A DNA stretch of 64,000 bases from Phoronis australis (Eukaryota; Animalia; Phoronida): contig NMRA01000281.1 of the NCBI GenBank assembly GCA_002633005.1, positions 141,123 to 205,122 of the forward strand. The letters run 5' to 3'. A model generated the notes under the pieces. That model did not search any database. It had not been told where the DNA came from and saw nothing but the letters and a program-made list of their open reading frames with translations. This document shows, piece by piece, positions 53,854 through 64,000 of this stretch (its first letter is position 1; each line of letters starts with the position of its first letter). The position numbers were made by a program, and so were the translations under genes.

Positions 53854-54032
53854 GGAAGAAGAAGAAGAAGAAAAATATGGAAGAAGAGAAGAAGAATGAG
53901 GAAAGGAACAACAACAACAACAACAGTAATAACAATACTAACAACAATGGTAATGATGGTAATAATGATGATGATGATGATGGTGGTGATGATGGTGGTG
54001 ATGATGATGGTGGTGGTGACGATGACGATGAC

Positions 54033-54100
<68 letters not shown>
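53706..54100. repeat. Compound trinucleotide microsatellite (AAC)(AAT)(AAG)(GAT/GGT)n
   Basis: Successive pure and mixed triplet runs; these explain the poly-H/D/I/S/M ORFs. Confidence 0.96.
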
Positions 54101-57100
54101 CAGCAGGAATATACATGTACAATGTACATAAACGCACAAACAAAATTTTTCTGAGTAATTAGTTCATCATGGTTTGCATAAACGCATATTATGAATAGTC
54201 AATACACCGGCAAACAGTGATATTTTTATTTGAATACGCTTACAACAATATACGTATAGCTAAAACTGCCATTTGCTATATTCTAAGGGTCATCAACGAA
54301 CTGCGAACAAAGGCACTTCCAGTTTGTCACGTCACACCACCCGAAAATTTTTGCCGTCATTGAAATCCTAGAAACGTGGGTTTCTGGGTGAGGGATGCTC
54401 ATCTATTACGTCATCGCGATCCTGGCTCGTATTACCCTATAGTTCCCAGTCCACCGACAGCACAACTGCAGTTCCCCATGCTAATTAGGGCCAAACTTGT
54501 GGAAAACAGAAAACACGTGCGCACGAGGCTGTGTGGTCCTTGCTTTCACCACGTTTACCGAGTTCAGAACCCACGGTGTGATGCAAACCACTAACAGTGC
54601 ACGCAGTCACGAACAGAAGAAAACAAAACATAAACTACACTTGGCTTCACAAATTCTCGTCGATTTTTCAGTGTACGGCGAATTGTGATGCTTCAATCAA
54701 GTCTTCAGCACGACACGTTCACTTTTTATTGATTTATGCAACAGTCATTGTTTTGCTAGTGCATGACTTCGTTGTTTTCTTTGTAAGCAATGCGAGAATG
54801 TGGAAAAAACGCTTAATCGAATTTTTTGTCAATACGAACTTGCTAACGAATCTAATGTTTAACTTCGCGACCTGTTGCACGGATGCTCATTAGTGAAAAT
54901 AATTTAACTGCACGCTATGTTTTTTTGACAATTACTTTCTCGGCAACAGATGGAGAGACCGTTTAAGTGACCTGAACTCGCGTTTAAATATTAATCAAGC
55001 TATCACTGTTTTTTCACGAAATTTCATTTTGTGAAACATCGTGTAAGATGTTTTTAACCGCGCCCATTACAACTGATTGCGCAAGTTCTGCTTTTACGTG
55101 TTAAACGTACTGAGTTAGACCCAATCACCACTTCAGGGGATAAATTGAGTCTGAAATACAAACTTTCTGGTTGAGTATCCGAGCTCAGAAACAATCGTCT
55201 TGCTCCATAGTGGTGCCTAGAACGACTGTGTAATATTTTGCCTTGATAAATTATTTTAAAAACCTCGTAAAGGTGTCCCACCCAATACCAAACAGATGTC
55301 GCTCGACAAAATTGTACTGGAAGGGCTTTTTTCCTTTTTTAATAACATTTTATTCTGACGTAAGTGCTCACAAACGTTAACAGCACAAACAAGGACACTG
55401 ATCACAAAACAACAACGACGATGACAACAAAAATAAAAGAAAAATGGGCACAGTACAGAGTTTTAAGTAAATAATAATTACAAGTTAAAAACCAAAAATA
55501 TAAACGACTGAAATCTCAAAAAAGAAACGAAACAGTTCGATATGGTTCAAAATCCTGTTGTCAGCGTCGAAGAATACAAAGTGCCAAAAGGTCACGTTAC
55601 CCAGCGATGACTCACCCATTGAGAGAAGTGTCTATAATTTGCGATTGTTTTCTTTCGCGATCTTAACGCGATTGGGTCTATTTTTTCTCCACATACGCAG
55701 AGGCATGCACACGTGTTGAAGACGTTAGAGGGAAGAGTAATAGATGAGCGCTGTCAATCAATATGTTAGACAATATAACCTTTGCTAAAAGTTCATTATA
55801 AGATGAACACCGAGCACAGCAAAGAGAGCAGTGAACACTCTAGAGCGTCGGAGTTTGCGCGCTTGACGGGGGTTTTCCGCTCACCGACAGTCATAATGTG
55901 TTTGGTCGAGCGAGCATTGTGGAGCAAAAGGGTACAAAATATACTGTAGTTAATAAAACCAATACTTGGCATGCACCTTGCCCCTTTTCCGCCGTGGTGC
56001 GGAAGACCACTGTCTGATCTGTTGCGCACATGTCACTTGGCTCATAGCGGGAGTTGTAATCCAATATGGCCACCGCACGTGTCCGAAGGCTATTTGTAAA
56101 TTGTGCGAATACTCCTCCCTTTTCGGTTTTTATGATGGAGACTTTTCGAGGTGAAATGATCCGGCAAATTATGGCATAATGTGCGTGGAATGTTCCCATT
56201 ATCTGTTCCAAATAATGTTGGTCAATGTGAGGTAGACGGCATCATGGAGAAATCATGAATTCCACCAATTTCAGATCAGTCGTATTGTACCTGTAACGGA
56301 AGCCATCGTTTGATTATTTCGGTTTCCGAGTGTCTTTACCAGCGGGATTATCTCAAGTAACATGCGGTCTGCTATTTTAGAGTTTGTATTCGTCGTCGTG
56401 TTAATGTGCTGCCAATTGTACATATGTAGGGGATTTTAACTCAACTGTTCGCGTTTCGGTTAGGGTAGAGTATTGATCAAGGAAACAACGACATTCCACC
56501 ATCAAACTGCTTACTAATTTCTGCTCCATAGCCTAGATAGTGTTTTTGATAAAGCAAAGTTTTGTATGGAATTGTCAAAAATCTCCCATCTTTTGAGGGT
56601 CAGCAATCACAAATTATTAAATGGTTTTCAAAGTTAGTCGTCTAATTACGTTTCTACCTCTTTGTAGCGGATTAAAACAAACATATATTAGTTGTCAAAA
56701 TGTCTAAGTTAAAAATTAAAGGCGTAAGATTTCAAAATTGTATTTAGGTTTTGCAGATACTGAATTCCATGTACACACGAACCAACTTACCTACCGGGGT
56801 AACTGATTAATAGTTATTTTATAATGGAACAACGAAATACAGAATACGATAAAATGTCAGATTGAAAATAATAGTTTCGGTTGCACCATTGATACAAAAA
56901 TATCATCTAAGACTTTTTTATCATTTTAACATCAAATGCGTTCGAAAAAAATCTTCAAATTATTATTGCTGAAACAACGTTTTCAAGTGTAAGGACCAAG
57001 TCAATGCTTCATGTTTCCCAATGTTATTACACTATTTTAAAAACTTATTTTGAGGGCAATTAAATACTGCCAACGCTGTAATTTTTCCAAAGCTTAAGAA

Positions 57101-60100
57101 GTTTTATTTAGCCTACGTGGAGACCTACAAATAGTACATCAGAAACGAAGCATGGGTTATACGAAGAATAAATTAACTTTAACATGTTGCAACTATTTTT
57201 AAAACGTTTATATAAACAATGTCAACGATTCAAATGTTGTTTATATAAACAATATCAATGCGCCTGTCTCATATATCCATCTACTAGAAACGTTATGTAC
57301 ATAGTGGTGACGATAAATCACACATGAAAACAAAACGGGGCTGATTGTCGGTGCACTATGATGTGAATATTACTACGCGGATTTTAAGTCTTAATTTAAT
57401 TTAATTCCCATTTAAAAGTCAACATTTGGACAGATACATTTTAAATAGATTGTTAAGCTATATTTCTCATGTAGTGGTTTTGTAAAATTAGAAATGAAAA
57501 ATGTTCAGAAATTCTTGAAACTTATACAGTAACCCCGAAACGATTTTCAGAATAACAAAAACTCAAAACCATTTTTTCTACATGAAAACTAAACTGGAAG
57601 TTCCAGTGCACCCAGAAGACCTCGGGTATTTTCGTGGCTTTAAATTATGCGTCGGAGGTATTTCACATTTGCGAATGTGATAACTTCAATCAAACATCAA
57701 AGTCTTTGGTGAAAAGACGGTTAAAAGTAATGGCTTCAGCCTAGTAGGTCCCAAAAGTCGTGCGCGAAGCCATTCTCGGTTACAAGTTTGTCTCCTGGTG
57801 TTGGCCTACATTTGATTCGTGTCGCAAGACGCATTCAATGCTAATCGTCATCATTTTGAGTCACGTGACTTGCATGTGCCCAGAAATGAAACATTTCCGA
57901 CATATAATTTGAGCCTAGAATACCCAAGGTGTTCTGGTTATTACCAATATTGTATTCATCAAAGTTAGAACCTGTACAGAAGTACCCGCAGTAAATGAAG
58001 ACGGCGATCTGCCTCTGGATGCGTGACTATACGCTTACAATTCTAATTGGCAGAAGACGACTTGGCCGACTTTGATAAAGTACATGACCCCCGCGATTTA
58101 AATCTGAAAACCGTGTAGCTTTTAAAAACGGGAGGTGTTTCAGATTGAGGCAATGAATTCGTCTCTGATAGGGTGCGCTGCGTTACACGCTTTCCGCGGT
58201 AAATTCTTGTACCAGCATGTGAAGTGCGCAGCCGCTCGGTGTGCCTATAGACGCGGACGTTCGTAACGTCCACCGACCAAATAAGTAATAGCTTTTTGGA
58301 CGTGTGTGTCTCATGGGCATATTTCACACACTTACCTGTGTATTGGTTAATGGCAAACGTTTTCGTGTTTAGTTTATTTTTCGATGACAAATACAACTTA
58401 ATTACATTAAGATGGCCTCAAACACGCAAAAAATAAGATTTTTAATACCATTATATAGATATTTTTCGACGAGGATCCACGGTCAAACAAAAGCTTGAGG
58501 AAGAATTAATTAAAAAACTAAATTACCTATTGAGTCCAAAACATTTGTGCCTTTTTAACTCACAGCGTGACCTTGTTAGTCCAGAAAAGAATAAGCCAAT
58601 CTCGTGGTTTCACTAACGCCAAACTTCTTTCTATGGACTTAGATCGCGTTTTGAAATCCACTTCCATACACTGGCTATACTCTCTTACCCCAGACGCAGT
58701 ACGATGATATCGGATACATCCACGCAAACACTTGGTAGGATTCTTGCGGAACATTCAATTTCTCACTAATTAGCGAAGAGTTGTCGCATGATTTCGCTTT
58801 CTCTCGCTTTATCGCTCGTCTTTAATTACCACCACAGTCGCAGTAAAACGAGAAATTTTTGACATTTCTTGAAGCAGATTCTCTGATTTCCCCCACAGCA
58901 TTTGCAACAAGTGTAAGGTCGCATCTAACTCAAGATATTATCTGACAAGCAACAGCTAAAACACGACTATAAGCTTAAACGCTACCAAAATATTTTCACA
59001 AACGGGTATGTAGTTATATTACAATTATAAACAAGATAAACGTTCGGCGATCTTTACTGTTGATGTTTAATCATTATCACAGTGTAATCTATAAACAAGA
59101 GAAGTACGTTTGTTCTGTATTCGTATACTCAACGTAAAACCAGCAATCAGCTCATTACTTTGAAACCGATATGTTTATTAACTACACAATCTTTGTTTTT
59201 GCGAGCACGTTTCCCAACTTCCACCAGTCTGCAATACAACCAACTACGCATAAGTCACGTGTCCTGAATTTTGCGCGCGCAAGCTGTTAACTACCCTTCT
59301 TCCGGTCTCCAGTGTGCAGTCGACTTTGTGTTAGCCGAAATACATGCATTGGCTACCATATTTGGAAAGTTGCATGAGTTGACGGACCAATAGATGGCGT
59401 TACTTTCATACACATAGACGGAAAAGAATACATAAAACACCGTTTGTTTGTTTTTGTGTTTTTATTCTCTATACAATAAATTATTCTAAGTCTTCTATAA
59501 ACAGCGTAATACGGAGAGAAGTGTACAGTTTGTAGGTTTGCACCAGTGTTGCGCATTTGCTATGAACTAACATCATTTTAGTATGCGCGGGGAGTGAGCA
59601 GAAGGTGTTGCCTAACGAGGCGGACATCAACTTGGACCAGCGTCCATTACTAAGACACTCGACATCATGAGCCTCAACAGGTCGGAGCCGTCCGAGTCTA
59701 GTCTCTGGTATTACTAGTTTGACGGTTACCAACACGGTCCTTTAGAATCGACCCCCACGCCCCTATCGGCTGTGCGGTGCTCATTTGCTCGTTTAATTTG
59801 TCAAAAGGTAGCGCTACCTTGCAGTAATAAGCTCGCAGCCACAATGGAACTGCGAAACTTGTGATTAACAGACATTGATCCATATTGTTCGGCTCTCCCT
59901 GGATATACATGTACATCTTCACCTCTTCATTCCTAACCCTAGAAACCACCGAATTTATATCATGGTCGTCAATCGGATTTCATTTTGGCATCCGCCAGCA
60001 TGCATGCGCTCACTTGAAAGCAGACACGGCCCTGTGTCATGAGTGACTGACTGACGGTCCCGTCACGTTCTGACGCTAGCCAGAATTAAAAGGCGGGAGA

Positions 60101-63100
60101 CAAGAGCGGAGCTCGGAAATACTTGGACAGCTTACTTTAGTGTTGCGTATTCTAGTCGGGCTGTGACGGGAAATGTGTGGTGGGGCATGACCGGGTGTTG
60201 CGGCACACGTGAACTGGCTCGGAGACGGAGTAGAAACCATGAGTGGCCTGGTTCATTCACGACGACGACTGTAGGCGACCGTTGGCCAGAATTCAGACTC
60301 CCTGCCTCTAGGAGATGACCGGTGGCCTACGGTACTGAAGACGAGTACTGGCCCCTCCGGAGCAGTCTGATTGACTGATGCACTGAATTATTTAAGTGAC
60401 AAAAGATTTAAGACCTAATGAAGGTAGCGGCCGTGAGAGCTGTTTTGCCCCAGTAGTTTTGTCTATCCAGGTATATGGGGTTTAGTTGATGAGGTGGTCT
60501 CATTCCGGAATCATCGTCCAATCCGGCACAAACACGGGGGCCGCGAGGTGTCGTCCTACGAGTATGCGTCTTCTTTCAACACACATCTTTGAATCTTATG
60601 CCGTCAAAAAGCACTGCAGTTATGACAACAGTTTGTTTACACAAAATCTCCCTGTCAGAATGTGAGATCTCGCTCGGCACTATAACATTATGTGGTTGTC
60701 GTTGACCGGCGCCGAGCAAACTATAGTCGCCAACAGTTTATAGTACGGATAATAGATGTCGCGATTGGTTGAGACCTTGTCATCTGACACAATTGGTCTT
60801 GTCGGCTAAGGAATGTTAGGCAAGGACGAACTTAGTACTGGAATGCGAAGTTGTGACGCCGATCCAATAATTCCTGACATGCAGGGAAATTGAGTATTTT
60901 TGCAATACACACGTAGAGGGGAGCGGGGGTAATTAGATGGGCCCAGCAGGGTGTCCAGACCCCCTTGCACACTTAACTAGAGCCCCACTTTCAATTTTGC
61001 TGGACTGAAAAATACAAAGCATGTTCACCGTTAAATGATTGTTGGTCAGGATCGTGGATCCTCCTCAAAAATCACTTGACGAACATAAGTTAACCAAGCC
61101 GCGTTGGCCCCTGGAGTACTGGAAACTGACAGCCAATCAGAGCAGGCTTTACTTGAAAATCTCTGCAAGAGGGCGTTACTGTGTACTTTCGTTAGTTCTT
61201 GCAATGAAACAATTAAAAATTACAATTCGATCGTAATATGTCATATGTTTGATGGACAGGGTATACTGGGTTTCAGTTAGACGGCTATGCTACAGTTTAG
61301 AAATTAGGTCATACGTGACCCAGTATTATCTGTGGGTTTCACTTGGACCATAATTCGGTAGTATTAAAGGTTGCAAATTGATCGAATGAGGTCTTCGACT
61401 GAGTGAATAAACACGTTTGTAAGACCTCATGCTGGGTTTCCACGTTCATGAATGTAGATCTTGTACGATGCCATGTGACAATATGGGAGATTTTGTCCCA
61501 CTTTTCTGTTAAAATTGGGTATTCATAATTTCTCCTCATAATGCTTACATCCAATCGGCATTTGTCAACCACAAAGTTTTACAAATTAATTAAAATGCCT
61601 AAAATGTTTCTATTGATATCTCACTTAACAGTAAATAAAAATGAAATATTTGCAAAATAAAGGCTGCTTCATTTTTTTCTGTCTCCCGTTTCTCAGTCGC
61701 TAAATCGCCTGAAGGAAATGTAAATTCAACCCTATAGAATATTAGCAAGAAACGCGAGGATCTATATTTTTGTTCCTACGATGTGATTTGCTTAATGACT
61801 AAGCAAGCAATTCCAGATAGGCAAATAGTAGCTAACAATTAGTTCTTGGAAAGAAAAGCAACGGGTTTAAAAGATTGTTGGAGATGCTATTTGGACAGAG
61901 GTAGGCGACAACAGAGGGCTGTTGAACATAAACAAGTCAATGTACCCAGAAGGAAGGTATTTGGAGGGTTGATCAACATCGCTTAATATAACAATTCAAA
62001 CACTTTTACCTAGCCCATGAATGCCATGTTTATTTAGGCACAAATTAAGACATCTATGCACAAAATACATATCCATTAGTGTTTCAAAACATTTATCAAT
62101 CAAAACACAACGTTTGTTTTCTTAGCATTCACTCTCCTAAGAAAAACACGATTTAAAAAACACACCTATATGAATGCCGTGTGTTAATTGTAAATGAAGA
62201 TGAATACCAAAGTTTACATCCCGAAATACGTGAACTGTTGACTTATAACAGACCATGCCAAGTGCGTGCACTTCGGAGCATTCAGGCGCGAACACCTGCG
62301 GGGTACCTGGGAAGTCACAAAGCCAGCTGAGCTTCACACGTGAAATTTCCGAGCAAAGCCTCATCCTGGGATAACATCAGCACGGCTTTCGCATTATGAA
62401 CTGAATTTTTTCCACAGGAAGTCACACAATGCGACGTAATGGGACCTTGCGCTGCTGTTCATAAATACATGTACTCTTCTCGTTTCGTTAAATTAAAAAG
62501 ATGCTAAACTGTGTTTTTTGTTTTACCCAAAACTGCTCCCGCAACCTACGACTGTAAAATTAGTTGGCAGGCTACTTTCCTAAAAAGATGAAAACATTAT
62601 CCAGCTGATACTCTTTCCTCACTGTACGTCATGAAGTAGTCCAAGACGTGCGTCGTCTGCGCACAGTCGTCCTTTAACTCGCCGGAAACGTTAGTCACAC
62701 TAACCGACTGAACAAATTTTCTGAGGAATTGTCGAACTTGAATCAAACTTTTCAGGATAGGCGAAGGTCTACCGAGCATTATTACAGTAGGAGTCAAAGG
62801 TAAGTACAAAGTCGACATAAATCTCCTTTCGTAGACAAAATCCAACTTTAATTTCCTTTTAAAAACTTTACTGAACAAAATGTTAATGAACATTACTTCA
62901 GTCAAAGTGATTTCTCGACATGACACCATTTTCTCATAGCGTTATTATGAATATTTTATCAATTTCAAGCTTGTATTTCTTGTGGTGTGCAAAAACTGGT
63001 TGCCGGAGTAAATGACACAAAATTCGTTTGTATTGCTTAGGTAACTGAATAAATGCAACTACGTACATTGTACAGCCGAGGACTGTAATTTACAAAACAA

Positions 63101-64000
63101 ACGCACTTCCATTAAAGTTGTTTATGACCTTATCGACAAGTTTGTGTATTAAGTCAAATATCTACACAATTATAGATTTTAATTCCGTAAAAGTACATAT
63201 TTTCTGAACGCAGAAAACCTGCAGAGTTTGAGGAGTAACTTAACACGAATATCTCCCATTATGGGGTCACGTGACAATGACTTTTCAATAACATTTATCA
63301 AAAACCAAAGGAAAACTCATACAATGGTAACAATAACAGCCAAATTTCGTTTGATATAAATGTTCAAGGCGGAATTGAATAAATGCATTATAGTTTCGTT
63401 TTACGCAACTTTTAGTGATACTTTTTTCACAAAATAGGGAACGTTTGATAACCGCTTGACATGCAAAAGCGTAGCTTTCTAAAAACAACTTCTAGCAGCG
63501 TTTTGGAGAGTAAGGCATAAAGTATATTATGCTATTAGTGTATCAAAACTAGGACTTTTATAATTTTCATGAAGAAAACTGTTAAGCTGGATAAAGCGAA
63601 AACGAAATGATATTTTTGAAAACTTTTTAGATCTTATCTTAAACATTAAAATCAAATAAAATGTTATCATGATTATTGACACCGTTGCTTGATTATCAAT
63701 GTGTCTTTCTTTTTTATTAAATGTTAAAAAGACATGCTCACGTGAACCAGTTAATGGCAGATTGGTAAGAAAGTAAAAAGCAAGTTGTACAGGTTTTCTA
63801 ATTCAGAAATTATGAAGTTTTAATGGGTTAAAATTCACAATTTTTAAATATTGAGCTTAATACGCAGTCCCGTCGATAAGGTCCTTTTTTGTTCTTAACT
63901 TCATAGATGCATTTTTTATCCAAGTGGTTCACATATTGGTGCATGCGCCTAAGTTTCTCATATAAACCCAGCTTGCGGGGCCCATACATTAATTCGCATA

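Noticed and set aside
53700-54162. Poly-His/Asp/Ile/Met ORFs
   Set aside because: Translations of a compound microsatellite.
59870-59915. Minus-strand TATCCAGGGAGAGCCGAA resembling a Tc1/mariner TIR start
   Set aside because: No matching opposite terminus found.
1-64000. tRNA, rRNA, snRNA, transposase or reverse-transcriptase genes; a novel multi-gene system
   Set aside because: No diagnostic motifs found by eye or in the ORF track. Degenerate remnants would need tRNAscan/Infernal/tBLASTn to exclude.

Overview
Eukaryotic, AT-rich (roughly 37-39% GC by eye) genomic DNA from an invertebrate bilaterian, probably a lophotrochozoan; that assignment is inferred from the protein and cannot be confirmed here. 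The only protein-coding gene I can support is an intronless forkhead transcription factor of the FoxC class on the + strand (first in-frame ATG 24283, stop 25587, 434 aa). It has a canonical forkhead domain, an eh1/Groucho-binding motif and the FoxC N- and C-terminal signatures. It sits in an apparent gene desert (about 24 kb upstream, about 38 kb downstream). That desert holds microsatellites, short tandem repeats, several non-autonomous inverted-repeat (MITE/foldback-like) elements, a one-N scaffold junction with a duplicated overlap, and several motif-dense non-coding blocks that could be FoxC enhancers. All other ORFs in the track look spurious. I see no CRISPR array, rRNA, tRNA or transposase/RT gene, and no evidence for a new multi-gene system. 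The points worth following up are regulatory and structural.
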